A stretch of 64,000 nucleotides of DNA from a virus (IMGVR_UViG_3300024502_000013:9995-73994); one strand, 5' to 3'; positions 33,011-43,114 are shown, counted from the stretch's first letter. The notes: generated from the sequence alone by a model not told the origin. Program-made: numbers and translations.

Positions 33011-34207
33011 ATGTTATCATTTAAGACTTTTCTGAGAGAACAGGTGGAGGACTCCGAAGAAGGAGCAAGCCGCCAGATTAAGCATTTAACGCATGTAGAA
33101 GACAGACCATTCCAGAAAGGTGAGAAGGGCTTTTCTCACGCAATTAAGTCCTTAAATGCTGCAGCCGAACATATCAAACAGGGCAAGAAAACATCAGAAC
33201 TTACCACAAAATATGATGGTTCACCAGCCATTGTTTATGGACACCATCCAGAAAACGGTAAGTTTTTCGTGGCCTCAAAGTCTGCATTTAATAAGACACC
33301 GAAAATCAACTATACACCAGCTGACATTGAGAAAAACCATGGTCATGCACCAGGCTTAGTCGCAAAATTGAAGGACGCACTGAAACATCTACCAAAGATT
33401 GCACCAAAACAAGGTGTCTATCAAGGTGATATGATGTTCTCTGGTGAAGATAAAGTGAAAACCAAACACGGTACTTCCTTTCATCCTAACCCTTCTGGAC
33501 TGACATATACAGCTCACGGAACACACAAATCTGCGGTTGACAAAGCCAAGATTGGTGTAGTCACCCATCTATCATACCATGGCAAAGATTCCAAGAATCT
33601 GAATGCTTCGCATGAAGTTGACCATGAGAATTTTGGTAAACATTCTGATGTTTTCTCGGTTGACCCAAGAATGGACACATCCAAGGTTCATTTCAGTCCA
33701 GAACAACAAAAAGAATTCAACAAACATATTGCAGCTGCCGAAGTAGTACATCACACCCATGGTGATGATATGTACGCTGGAACCAGAACTCACCATGGAA
33801 TAGGTGGTCATCTGGAAGCCTATATGAATCACACAGTTAGAACTGGTGAAGAAGCCAACCACAAGAATTTTAAGAACTGGTTGGAAACTAAAAAGTTAAA
33901 AGAGATAGATAAGCTTAAGGTTGAAAAAAATAAGAAATCTAAGCAAGATGAATTGAAAAATGAATTGAACAAAGTTGAAATAAACAGAAAACATTATAAT
34001 AACATGTTCAAGATGCACGGTCATTTGCAAAAAGCTAAAAATGTATTAATAGATGTGATGAATCAACACCAAGAATTTGCACATGAACACGGTGGAGAAC
34101 CTGCAAATCCAGAAGGATATGTTTTCCACCACGGCAACGATACAGATAAATTCGTGAACCGCCAAGAGTTCTCACGTAGAAATTTTGCTGGAATTAGAAA
34201 CATATGA
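33011..34207 (+). CDS. DUF6267-like protein with ligase-type nucleotidyltransferase motifs, putative internal head protein
   Basis: KYDG, QGD, EGYV, KFVN; N-terminal MLSFKTFLRE. Confidence 0.6.
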   Translation: MLSFKTFLREQVEDSEEGASRQIKHLTHVEDRPFQKGEKGFSHAIKSLNAAAEHIKQGKKTSELTTKYDGSPAIVYGHHPENGKFFVASKSAFNKTPKINYTPADIEKNHGHAPGLVAKLKDALKHLPKIAPKQGVYQGDMMFSGEDKVKTKHGTSFHPNPSGLTYTAHGTHKSAVDKAKIGVVTHLSYHGKDSKNLNASHEVDHENFGKHSDVFSVDPRMDTSKVHFSPEQQKEFNKHIAAAEVVHHTHGDDMYAGTRTHHGIGGHLEAYMNHTVRTGEEANHKNFKNWLETKKLKEIDKLKVEKNKKSKQDELKNELNKVEINRKHYNNMFKMHGHLQKAKNVLIDVMNQHQEFAHEHGGEPANPEGYVFHHGNDTDKFVNRQEFSRRNFAGIRNI

Positions 34208-36033
34208 AAAGTTTTTTAGAGAAATTACAAGAAGATGCACAGACACATACACCTGTGGTGATGGCGTTCGGTCGTATGAATCCACCAACTATCGGCCATG
34301 AAAAATTGGTTGATAAAGTAAAACAGTTGTCCAAAGATTATCATGCACCGCACCATATCATTGTGTCTCATTCTATGGATGCAAAGAAGAATCCATTAGA
34401 CCTTGCAAGTAAAATCAAACACGCAAAGAGATTCTTCCCTGGTGCAAATGTTGTGGGCTCAAGTAAAGAGAAACCATCGTTCTTACAACATGCGGCTGCA
34501 TTACATGCTGCAGGACATGACCATCTAATTATGGTTGCCGGTTCAGACCGTATTCCAGAGTATGAACAAAAGTTGAATCAATACAACGGCGAAGGTCCAG
34601 GCAAACTGTTTAATTTCAAAAAGATTGAAGTTAAGTCTGCTGGACAAAGAGATCCTGACGCAGAAGGTGCTGAGGGAATGTCAGCCTCAAAGATGCGGGA
34701 ACATGCCAAAACTGGAGATTTCAATTCTTTCAGACAAGGTATTCCTTCCCATGTTCCAGAAAAACATGCAAAAGAACTGTTCCGTGATGTTCGTCGTGGC
34801 ATGGGATTAAACGAAAATTACAACCGTGGTCTGTTCAAAGCCATATTCGTTACAGGTGGTCCTGGTTCGGGTAAAGACATTATCATTCGTGAAGCTATTG
34901 CTGAACAAAAAGCCGTAGAAATTACGTCCGCACAAGCATACAATTATCTGATGGACAAGAAAGCACTTTCTGAAAAGTCGAATGATTTACGTAGAGAGTC
35001 TATTCGTAACCGTGGTCCTTTAATTGTCAATGGACCGGCAGATGACCATTCTAGAATTATTACTGTAAAAGAAGAACTGGAAGAACTTGGTTATTCAACA
35101 ATTATGGTATTTGTGAATACAACTAACGAAGCCAGCCAAGAAAGAAATGAGAAGTTGACGAAAATGATTGCGGAATCGGTTCGTAAAGAGAAGTGGGAAC
35201 AAGCCCAAGCCTCAAAAGAATCATATCGTCAAAACTTTAAGAATTTTATTTATCTGAATAATAGTGGTCCTCTGGAAACTATTGAAGAAGATATAACCAA
35301 TATTTACCAAAAAATCAATCTATTTTTGGAAGATAAAACGTATTTGGAAGAGGCTTATCGTTGGTTAGAAACTCACGGTAAGCTAAATACCAATGATTCT
35401 GTAATTGTTCTTGTTAAGGAAGATAATAATGTTGAAAAAGATTCTAGATTTGTTCAGAGGCTCAAAGAAAGTAGAAGAAAAGCATCCGTTGGACTTCACC
35501 GAAAGGACAGCGGCAGTCGAGCAGAAGGTCCAGGAGATATCCCAGCCGACAATCGTGCAGGAGACCCCAACGCAGACAGCATCAAGTGGGACGCTCCAAA
35601 AAGAAGAGGAAGTTACATCTTCAGAACCTACAGTGAAGAAAACGAAACGAGTCTCAAGGTCTACCCAGAGCCAAAAGAAAGCAACTTCAGCAAAGACAAA
35701 GAAAAAACAAAATTAAAAAGAAGATTTGTTGATTCTCCTACGGTAAACCAAAGAGTTAGAAACCAGTATGGAGTAGGACCTGAATTTGACACTCGCCAAC
35801 AGGGAACAGTATACCCTATGTCAGGACTAGGCGATGTTACTTACAGAGAAGAAAAGAATAGAAGTTTTAGTAATATTATTAAAGAATTTAAGGGTTTCCA
35901 AAATGATATCGAATCTGGTGTCGGTGGCACACTAAGTGGTTCTGATAACGTTGAACCCATTGAAAATCCAAAAAACAAGGTAGGTTACACCTACGATATC
36001 ATCAAAAGAAGAAAAAACGGAGCGAAAAAATGA
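34204..36033 (+). CDS. cytidylyltransferase-like (HIGH) domain fused to a P-loop kinase, putative internal head protein
   Basis: FGRMNPPTIGH, GSDR, MSASKMR; GGPGSGKD; N-terminal MKSFLE. Confidence 0.7.
   Translation: MKSFLEKLQEDAQTHTPVVMAFGRMNPPTIGHEKLVDKVKQLSKDYHAPHHIIVSHSMDAKKNPLDLASKIKHAKRFFPGANVVGSSKEKPSFLQHAAALHAAGHDHLIMVAGSDRIPEYEQKLNQYNGEGPGKLFNFKKIEVKSAGQRDPDAEGAEGMSASKMREHAKTGDFNSFRQGIPSHVPEKHAKELFRDVRRGMGLNENYNRGLFKAIFVTGGPGSGKDIIIREAIAEQKAVEITSAQAYNYLMDKKALSEKSNDLRRESIRNRGPLIVNGPADDHSRIITVKEELEELGYSTIMVFVNTTNEASQERNEKLTKMIAESVRKEKWEQAQASKESYRQNFKNFIYLNNSGPLETIEEDITNIYQKINLFLEDKTYLEEAYRWLETHGKLNTNDSVIVLVKEDNNVEKDSRFVQRLKESRRKASVGLHRKDSGSRAEGPGDIPADNRAGDPNADSIKWDAPKRRGSYIFRTYSEENETSLKVYPEPKESNFSKDKEKTKLKRRFVDSPTVNQRVRNQYGVGPEFDTRQQGTVYPMSGLGDVTYREEKNRSFSNIIKEFKGFQNDIESGVGGTLSGSDNVEPIENPKNKVGYTYDIIKRRKNGAKK
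35429..35716 (+). CDS. probable overprinted small basic protein
   Basis: CTAAATA at 35383, AAGGA RBS, MLKKILDLFRG..., K-rich tail; alternative frame inside 34204-36033. Confidence 0.5.
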   Translation: MLKKILDLFRGSKKVEEKHPLDFTERTAAVEQKVQEISQPTIVQETPTQTASSGTLQKEEEVTSSEPTVKKTKRVSRSTQSQKKATSAKTKKKQN

Positions 36034-37130
36034 CCAAGAAGCACTCTTTCTTAGAAGCACTAAAGGGAAATCAACACAAGATTGATAAAAACAAGAATAA
36101 TAAGATTGATTCTCAAGACTTCAAAATTCTCCGTGGCGAGAAAAAAGTTGAAGAAGAAGTCGATGTAAATGACCGCACAGAGGATCAAATTGGTGGTCGT
36201 ATCAAAACTGCAAAGAAAGATGATGTTGGTCCAGGCAGCAACTTCAAGTCAACTAAAGTCCGTTTCCATGCAGGTCCAAAAAATGAATCTTATACATTGA
36301 AATCTTTTAGAGAAAGATATGAAGAGCATTCAATTTATGACCAGATGATTCAAGAAGTTCTTGGTAAAGACGCATCTGCTGGTGATTGGATTCACGATTT
36401 TGTACATTCAGATAATCCTAAATTTAAGGGTAAGTCAAAAGAAATGCGTAAGAAGATGGCTCTAGCTGCTTACTATGCAAAGCAACGCAACGAGGAAGTT
36501 GAACAAGATATTTGTCCGGAATGTATGCAAGAACCTTGCGTGTGTGGTGGAAACCACGTTCAAGAAGAAGTTGAACAGATTGATGAACTATCTAAAGGCA
36601 CCCTCGGTTCTTATGTAAAGGGTGCTGCAAGAGATATGGCAGCTTCCAGAGGTCTTGCAAAAGAATTTGAACGTGATGCAAAAAGTGCAAGAAAACAAAG
36701 AACAAAAGATGCTAATAAACGCATTTCTGATAGGTTTATGAACACAGTTAACAAACGACATGCTGGCATTGGCAAAGCTGTCGAGCGTTTGGCTAAGGAA
36801 GAAACTGAACAGGTAGAAGAAAATGCATTTGATTGGAAGAAACCTCGTCCTCCAGAATCAAAAGGTGGTTCTGGTGTCAAGCTTGGTTCACGTTACGGTG
36901 GCGGCAAGCAAAAAGACAAACCAGAACAGGATGACGATAAAAAAAAAGTAACTGAATCGAAAAGACCTGAGACCGATTCAGTTCCTTTTGTGACTGACGT
37001 TGGTGTTGCACCAAAACCTGCAACAGTAACAGACAAGTCTGGTGCAAAACACACACCAATGTCAAGAGCAAAACATTTAGCTAGATTGTCAATGAAAAAG
37101 ATCCAAAAAGATTTGGGACAAAAGAAATGA
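36030..37130 (+). CDS. putative internal head protein with repeated acidic processing motifs
   Basis: EEVEQIDE-type repeats separating basic segments. Confidence 0.65.
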   Translation: MTKKHSFLEALKGNQHKIDKNKNNKIDSQDFKILRGEKKVEEEVDVNDRTEDQIGGRIKTAKKDDVGPGSNFKSTKVRFHAGPKNESYTLKSFRERYEEHSIYDQMIQEVLGKDASAGDWIHDFVHSDNPKFKGKSKEMRKKMALAAYYAKQRNEEVEQDICPECMQEPCVCGGNHVQEEVEQIDELSKGTLGSYVKGAARDMAASRGLAKEFERDAKSARKQRTKDANKRISDRFMNTVNKRHAGIGKAVERLAKEETEQVEENAFDWKKPRPPESKGGSGVKLGSRYGGGKQKDKPEQDDDKKKVTESKRPETDSVPFVTDVGVAPKPATVTDKSGAKHTPMSRAKHLARLSMKKIQKDLGQKK

Positions 37131-38170
37131 GCAAAACAAAAGAGTTGATTAAGAAAAGTCTTAATGAAACTGCACTACTGAACAGATACCTCAAATCCAG
37201 AGGTATCAACCCTCAGTTTGTCAATAAAGACCAAAAAGTTGCACACTCAAAAACAAATCAATTCAAGGTTTGGATGAGAGCTCATGTAAATGATCCTGTG
37301 CAAGAGGCAATTACGACTGAAAAAACTCCCGTACAGAAAAGATTACAAGTATTGAAAAAATCTGTACAAACACACAAAGAAATTCGTGTTCCTAACGGTG
37401 AAAAGAAATTACACACCGAAGCAGTCGATAAAAGGGATGTAGTTGCGTTTGACATACCACTATTGATTCGTATGTTAGAATATGCTCGTGAAGATGCAAA
37501 GACAGATATGGACTTACACAAAGTTGTGGAAAAATTGATTAGAATCCGCAACAAAGGTGTGTTGACAATGAAGGATTACAAGTTTGTCGTATCCATCCGT
37601 GAAGGTTTTGAAGAAGCTGGTATTCAACTAAATGAATTATCACCAGAAACACTTGGCCGTTACAAAGAAAAGGCCATGAAATCTGCTGATGAACTTGCAT
37701 CAAAAGGTAAATACAAGAAGTCAACAAACCGTTTGATGGGTCATATGAAAGCCACAGGTAAGCAGATTGAGAAGATGTATAAAAAAGAATCTATGGAACC
37801 TTTGGCCGCAACACAACAACCTTTTGATGTTGCAAATAATACAGATGACACGATTCCTGCAAAAAGAAAGAACATGAAAGAAATGTCCAAATCCGCAAGA
37901 ATCATTAAGTCCATCTACAAGAACAAGGGTGTAAAATCTGTAAAAGAGGAAATGTATGACCATGAAAAGGAAGACAAATCCACTGCACATCTTGGTAAGA
38001 AGGTAAAATTGCAGAAGCCAGGAATTGATACCACGACAAAACAAGCACCAGAGGCAGCTGCCGTTTTAACTGGTGGAAAAACCATGACTGGTGAGCCCCG
38101 TGACACTATTGAGATTGATCCTATGATGAAATCGAAAAAAGTATCACCAAATTCACAAAAAAGTCTTTAA
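37127..38170 (+). CDS. putative internal head protein
   Basis: LNE/VQE/VKE motifs, ELSPETLGRY segment. Confidence 0.6.
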   Translation: MSKTKELIKKSLNETALLNRYLKSRGINPQFVNKDQKVAHSKTNQFKVWMRAHVNDPVQEAITTEKTPVQKRLQVLKKSVQTHKEIRVPNGEKKLHTEAVDKRDVVAFDIPLLIRMLEYAREDAKTDMDLHKVVEKLIRIRNKGVLTMKDYKFVVSIREGFEEAGIQLNELSPETLGRYKEKAMKSADELASKGKYKKSTNRLMGHMKATGKQIEKMYKKESMEPLAATQQPFDVANNTDDTIPAKRKNMKEMSKSARIIKSIYKNKGVKSVKEEMYDHEKEDKSTAHLGKKVKLQKPGIDTTTKQAPEAAAVLTGGKTMTGEPRDTIEIDPMMKSKKVSPNSQKSL

Positions 38171-38210
38171 ATAAATAGTAGATAACCCTCGGTTAAAAGG
38201 AGAAATATAA

Positions 38211-38897
38211 ATGTCATCTTGGGGAAACAAAGATAATGCAGCTAACGCTCCATATTGGGCAGTTAACTCAACAATCGTAAATGCAGCAGGAGTTAAAGCT
38301 TCAGCTGCAGCACCAACCTCTGCAAACGTAGCTAAATTGTATGCAAATACAACTGCTGACGTTTATACAGTAGGAGAAACAATCGGTCTCTTCGGTGTCG
38401 ATGCACAAGAAGCATCCACATCAAATAAGACACACACAGGTTGGGTTCTAAGAACAACCGGTTCAGGTGGTCGTGCTGGTCGTGTACAAGAAGAAGTTCT
38501 TGTTGCATTGAGTGGTATGTCTGCTGATGGTACAGACGGCGATGCACAAGTTTACGCTAACGTGTCTATCACTCTGTCTGGTCCTTCAAACGGTTCAGTT
38601 GTTGCTAATGAAAGTTTTGCAAACGTGGTTTCTTTCACAGTGTCTCCAACACTAGATGGAAATACCGCAGCAACATTGACCTATCAGTGGCAATACAACA
38701 ATACGAACGGTTCAGCTGGTTGGAACAGCATTCCAGCAAACACCAATCCGATTCAGTGGTCTGGTGCAACGACTGCAACATTGCAAGCTCGCCCTGCAAC
38801 AACTGCAAACACCGGAACAGTTTTACGTGTTGTTGTAACAGCAGCAGACCAAGGCGTAATCGCTACATCTGCAAACGCAACACTAACTGTTGGTTGA
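38211..38897 (+). CDS. virion structural protein with C-terminal Ig-like domain
   Basis: ATAAATA late box at 38171, AAGGAG RBS, TYQWQ..LRVVVT, A/T/S-rich. Confidence 0.7.
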   Translation: MSSWGNKDNAANAPYWAVNSTIVNAAGVKASAAAPTSANVAKLYANTTADVYTVGETIGLFGVDAQEASTSNKTHTGWVLRTTGSGGRAGRVQEEVLVALSGMSADGTDGDAQVYANVSITLSGPSNGSVVANESFANVVSFTVSPTLDGNTAATLTYQWQYNNTNGSAGWNSIPANTNPIQWSGATTATLQARPATTANTGTVLRVVVTAADQGVIATSANATLTVG

Positions 38898-38901
38898 TAA
38901 C

Positions 38902-38920
38902 AGGGGCTTCGGCCCCTTAT
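38902..38920 (+). terminator. hairpin terminator with UUCG loop
   Basis: AGGGGC-TTCG-GCCCCT. Confidence 0.7.
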
Positions 38921-38924
38921 AATT

Positions 38925-39311
38925 ATGTTTGATAATTTGAATGAGGATAATTTCGTTTTGTATGCGATGAAGCATTATAATTCGCCGCATTGCATTATGT
39001 CGGAATTTGAGGGGGATATCAAGCGAACCAAGTATCTGAAAAGATTGTTTAGAAGATACAAAGTGACCAAATCACTAAAGGAACGCTTGATATTGAACCA
39101 CATCATTCTATTGAACAATGTTTTTGGTCCAGAAGTCACATCAAGAATATTGTTCTATAAGATTGATGAAAGAGATTATGACATTCTAAAAACATTTTTG
39201 GAATATCTCAATATTATGCCGGAAGTTATATACGGAATAAATGGTAAAAACATCTATTCAAATGATATAAAAATAGATTTAGAAATAGCAGAAACACTGG
39301 TAAAAATATGA
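38925..39311 (+). CDS. conserved T4-like protein
   Basis: YAMKHYNSP.C..ERLILNHII.L.NVFG. Confidence 0.7.
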   Translation: MFDNLNEDNFVLYAMKHYNSPHCIMSEFEGDIKRTKYLKRLFRRYKVTKSLKERLILNHIILLNNVFGPEVTSRILFYKIDERDYDILKTFLEYLNIMPEVIYGINGKNIYSNDIKIDLEIAETLVKI

Positions 39312-39658
39312 AAAAATTTAAACAGTTTGTTGATGAAAAAAGTAGATGTTGGCCAGGTTACAAACCAGTTCCAGGTAAAGCACCTTTCACACCAGGAAGT
39401 TGCACCAAGGAAGAAATTGAACAAGTAGATGAAGATTTACGCAAATGGTTCAAACAAAAATGGGTCCGAATGGACACCAAAGGCAATATTAAAGGACAAT
39501 GTGCTCGTGATCCAGGTGAGGGAAAACCAAAGTGTTTACCGCAAGCCAAAGCTCATGCACTAGGAAAAGAAGGCCGTGCTGCAGCGGCTAGAAGAAAGCG
39601 CAGAGAGGATCCAAATCCAGAACGCAGAGGCGCACCAATTAATGTTAGGACAAAATAA
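39308..39658 (+). CDS. basic putative internal head protein
   Basis: MKKFKQFVDE, CWPGY, EDLRKWF..KW. Confidence 0.65.
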   Translation: MKKFKQFVDEKSRCWPGYKPVPGKAPFTPGSCTKEEIEQVDEDLRKWFKQKWVRMDTKGNIKGQCARDPGEGKPKCLPQAKAHALGKEGRAAAARRKRREDPNPERRGAPINVRTK

Positions 39659-40159
39659 ATGAAAAGCTTTAATACATTTAGAAACGAATATCTAGAAGAA
39701 GCTTATCTAGAGGAAAAGAATAAACCAACAAGTCCTGAAAAGTGGGCAAGAGCAAAGGCCGCAGCAAAATCAAAGTTTGCTGTTTATCCTTCTGCATATG
39801 CAAATGCATGGGCTGCCAAGAAATACAAATCCATGGGTGGTGGTTGGAGAGCAACATCAGAAGAAGTCGAACAAATTGATGAAGCCACTCCAGCATGGCA
39901 ACGCAAAGAAGGTAAGAATCCTTCTGGTGGTTTAAATGCAAAAGGTGTTGCATCATATCGCCGTGAAAATCCAGGTTCTAAACTAAAGACAGCTGTTACA
40001 ACAAAGCCATCTAAATTGAAACCAGGATCTAAAGCAGCTAATCGTCGTAAGTCGTTCTGTGCAAGAATGGGTGGTATGAAGAAACGTCTGACCTCTGCAA
40101 AAACCGCAAGAGATCCAGATTCAAGAATCAACAAAGCTCTAAGAAAGTGGAACTGCTGA
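39659..40159 (+). CDS. basic putative internal head protein
   Basis: MKSFNTF, YPSAYAN, EEVEQIDE, RRKSFCARM. Confidence 0.65.
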   Translation: MKSFNTFRNEYLEEAYLEEKNKPTSPEKWARAKAAAKSKFAVYPSAYANAWAAKKYKSMGGGWRATSEEVEQIDEATPAWQRKEGKNPSGGLNAKGVASYRRENPGSKLKTAVTTKPSKLKPGSKAANRRKSFCARMGGMKKRLTSAKTARDPDSRINKALRKWNC

Positions 40160-40764
40160 TGAAAACATTTAAACAATTTAATGAAGGCAAGATGAAAGAT
40201 GTTGTGACAGATTACGACTTTCATCCTGATATAAAAGCTCAACACTTAGGTCATATTGCCACTGCACAAAGAGATAAAGAAGAAATTGCTCGTCAGAAAG
40301 AACACTTAGCCGATAAAGCTAAAAAAAGTTATGAACAATCTGAAAGAGAAGGTGGTGGCGGTGCTGCTAGAGCCAAAGGTGTTTCTTATGAAGCTGCAAG
40401 AGACAACATCAAAGAAGAAGATAGTCTTGCAGACCAAATTTTAGCCGCTGCTAAAAAAGCAGGACTTAAAGCTAAGTTACATACAACAACACCGGAACAA
40501 GACAGAAGAGCCACAAACACAATGATGAGAAAGCGTGCCGAAAAAGACAAAGCCGCTGGCATCAAAAGACCTGCTGGTTTAAATGTCTACACTCGTAATA
40601 AAATGAGTGAAGAAACAGTCAATGAAGAAGGTGGAATGTCAGTTGCAGGTATTGCTGGTTCAGGTGATGCGAGATTGCCAACAGACCAAAGAGAGCCTGG
40701 TGTTAGCAAGAAACGCAATCCAGTTATGAAAACAATGGTGAGAAGATTATTACCTAAGGTGTAA
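40159..40764 (+). CDS. putative internal head protein
   Basis: MKTFKQFNE N-terminus. Confidence 0.6.
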   Translation: MKTFKQFNEGKMKDVVTDYDFHPDIKAQHLGHIATAQRDKEEIARQKEHLADKAKKSYEQSEREGGGGAARAKGVSYEAARDNIKEEDSLADQILAAAKKAGLKAKLHTTTPEQDRRATNTMMRKRAEKDKAAGIKRPAGLNVYTRNKMSEETVNEEGGMSVAGIAGSGDARLPTDQREPGVSKKRNPVMKTMVRRLLPKV

Positions 40765-40766
40765 AA

Positions 40767-41201
40767 ATGTGGATTTTGAAATGGTTACCTGATTGGATTT
40801 TTTATCTCATACTGTTCTCTGGTGTAATAGGTTACGCACTTACCTATTTACTTAAATTCATACCAATTCCTTTTGTTTATATGTACAAGACTCCAATTCA
40901 GTTGGGGTCTTTGACAGCTATTGTTGTTGGAACATTCATGTCTGGTGCAATCTATGATAACAATGCATGGTTAGACCGTGTACATGAAATGGAAGCCAAA
41001 GTCGAGAAGGCAGCAGAAGAATCAAAAGAAGCTAATGTGAAGATAGACGATAAAGTTGAAAAGATACAAACCAAGATTGTTGAAAAACAAGTTGTACTTA
41101 AAGAATATGTTGACCGTGAAGTTGTGAAATATGATAATGAATGCAAGATACCAAAAGAATTCACAGAAGTAATAAACAAAGCAGCGGAGCCACCAAAATG
41201 A
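40767..41201 (+). CDS. i-spanin-like inner membrane protein
   Basis: N-terminal TM helices, coiled coil and Cys; overlaps the lipoprotein gene. Confidence 0.7.
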   Translation: MWILKWLPDWIFYLILFSGVIGYALTYLLKFIPIPFVYMYKTPIQLGSLTAIVVGTFMSGAIYDNNAWLDRVHEMEAKVEKAAEESKEANVKIDDKVEKIQTKIVEKQVVLKEYVDREVVKYDNECKIPKEFTEVINKAAEPPK

Positions 41202-41500
41202 ATGAAAGACGAGAAGGTGCAGGTTCTTTTGTTTTAGTTGCACTTGTATTAGTTTTTGTGCTCGCAATGCTTATGGGGTGTTCAACTACAGTTCCTGTTA
41301 AACCAAAATGGCCTGACCCACCTAAATATGGGTTGAAACCTTGTCCACAATTATTAAAACTAAGAGAAGATGCCAAGTTGAGTGATGTGGCTGGGACAGT
41401 TATCTATAATTATTCTACATACTACGAATGTGCTGTGAGAAATGATGCTTGGATTGAATGGTATCACGTTCAGAAACACATTTACGAAGGTGTAAAATAA
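41198..41500 (+). CDS. o-spanin-like lipoprotein
   Basis: Lipobox LMGC, Pro-rich segment. Confidence 0.75.
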   Translation: MNERREGAGSFVLVALVLVFVLAMLMGCSTTVPVKPKWPDPPKYGLKPCPQLLKLREDAKLSDVAGTVIYNYSTYYECAVRNDAWIEWYHVQKHIYEGVK

Positions 41501-41502
41501 TA

Positions 41503-42117
41503 ATGGAATTGACAAAAGAACAACTAAAACAATTACTTCCAAAAAACCCTTACATTGACCAGTGGCACCATGCTCTGAGTCAACTATTACCTGACTATGA
41601 AATCAATACACCTCAACGTATTGCTGCTTTCATGGCTCAATGTGCTCACGAATCGGGCAACTTTGTTTTCCTACAGGAAAATTTAAACTATAAAGCTGCA
41701 TCGTTGCGTAAGATATTTGGTAAGTATTTTCCTGATGACGCAACAGCATTAGCATATGAAAAGAAACCCGAGAAAATTGCAAATAGAATTTATGCCAGTC
41801 GTATGGGGAATGGTGATGAGCAGTCTGGTGACGGCTGGCGTTATCGTGGTCGTGGGCTTATTCAAGTAACAGGAAAAACAAACTACACTTGGTTTGCTGC
41901 ATCATTACAAATAACACCAGAAGAAGCCGCAGAATATATGCAGACATTTGAAGGTGCTGCACAATCTGCATGTTGGTTCTGGGAATCAAACAATCTCAAC
42001 CAATGGGCTGATAAAGGTGACATTGTTACACTCACCAAGAAAATTAATGGTGGCACAATTGGTTTAGAAGACCGTATTAAACACTACGAACACGCATTGC
42101 ACGTATTTGGAGTTTAA
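41503..42117 (+). CDS. glycoside hydrolase family 19 endolysin
   Basis: AQCAHES, ENLNY, YRGRGLIQVTG, INGG. Confidence 0.92.
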   Translation: MELTKEQLKQLLPKNPYIDQWHHALSQLLPDYEINTPQRIAAFMAQCAHESGNFVFLQENLNYKAASLRKIFGKYFPDDATALAYEKKPEKIANRIYASRMGNGDEQSGDGWRYRGRGLIQVTGKTNYTWFAASLQITPEEAAEYMQTFEGAAQSACWFWESNNLNQWADKGDIVTLTKKINGGTIGLEDRIKHYEHALHVFGV

Positions 42118-42118
42118 T

Positions 42119-42397
42119 ATGACAGACTTCAAATTAGCCAAGTATATGTTAATACTCCTTGCTTTACCAGTTGGTATGGCAATGTGTAGTGGTGATAGAT
42201 TCAGATATCCATGTCAAGACCCAGCCAATTGGGATAAAGACATGTGTAAGATGCCTCAGTGTGATGTTCGTAGAGAATGTCCAGAACACATATTTAAAGG
42301 TCAGCGTGATCCTAGATTAGGACCACCAAAAGAAGGACAAACGACTGCTGCGCCGGTCACACCTGTTGCCAGCCAAGGAGTAAGCTGTGGAAAATAA
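42119..42397 (+). CDS. Cys-rich exported protein or lipoprotein
   Basis: Signal-like N-terminus, RYPCQDPANW. Confidence 0.6.
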   Translation: MTDFKLAKYMLILLALPVGMAMCSGDRFRYPCQDPANWDKDMCKMPQCDVRRECPEHIFKGQRDPRLGPPKEGQTTAAPVTPVASQGVSCGK

Positions 42398-42887
42398 TAA
42401 AGAAACATTCCTATACACAGAAGAGCAATTAATGGCTCGTCTGAAATTTTTTATTGGTATCTGCCTTGCATTGACATTGACAGGTATTGTTTTTGTTGTG
42501 TTGTATTCACTTATCTTTGTGACACAACCACTAAACGCAATTTCACCAATCGACCAGAAGTTCTTTGAACTGATTGTACCAATTGCAACATTCTTAACTG
42601 GTACACTGTCAGGTATTATGTTGGCAGGTAATAGTAAAGAAGATAAAGAAGCAATGTTGGCTGCACAAAAGGCTGCAAGTGAAAACTTTGAGGCAACAAA
42701 GAAAGCCATGTCGGCACCTCCACCAGCGCCTGCACCAGCAACAAAACCAATTGGTCCTGCACCTACGGGTTTCAATGGTACAAGTATGAGTGACCTTGCT
42801 TCAACAGTTGCTGATTTTGCGCCACAAGTTGTTTCTGGTTTCGGTGGCAAACCTGCACCAGCACAACCACCACATCCTGAAAGATAA
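42387..42887 (+). CDS. two-TM membrane protein (holin-like)
   Basis: Two TM helices and a Pro-rich tail; lysis region. Confidence 0.55.
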   Translation: MENNKETFLYTEEQLMARLKFFIGICLALTLTGIVFVVLYSLIFVTQPLNAISPIDQKFFELIVPIATFLTGTLSGIMLAGNSKEDKEAMLAAQKAASENFEATKKAMSAPPPAPAPATKPIGPAPTGFNGTSMSDLASTVADFAPQVVSGFGGKPAPAQPPHPER

Positions 42888-43114
42888 TGAAAGCCTGGTT
42901 CACTAGTTTATTGGCGGATGGCCATAACGGTTCAGTAAGCAGCAAAAGAGTCATAACTTTTGTTGCTTTTGGACTTTGCTCTCTATCTTTTGTATGTGAG
43001 ATGTTCCTAAATAAACAAGTATCTGCACAAACATTCGATTCAATGATGTATATCGTTATTGCAGGTCTAGGATTCACTGCATCCGAAAAATTTACCAAAA
43101 AGGAAGAAAAATGA
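42887..43114 (+). CDS. small two-TM protein (holin-like)
   Basis: SSKR.., GLGFTASEKF. Confidence 0.55.
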   Translation: MKAWFTSLLADGHNGSVSSKRVITFVAFGLCSLSFVCEMFLNKQVSAQTFDSMMYIVIAGLGFTASEKFTKKEEK

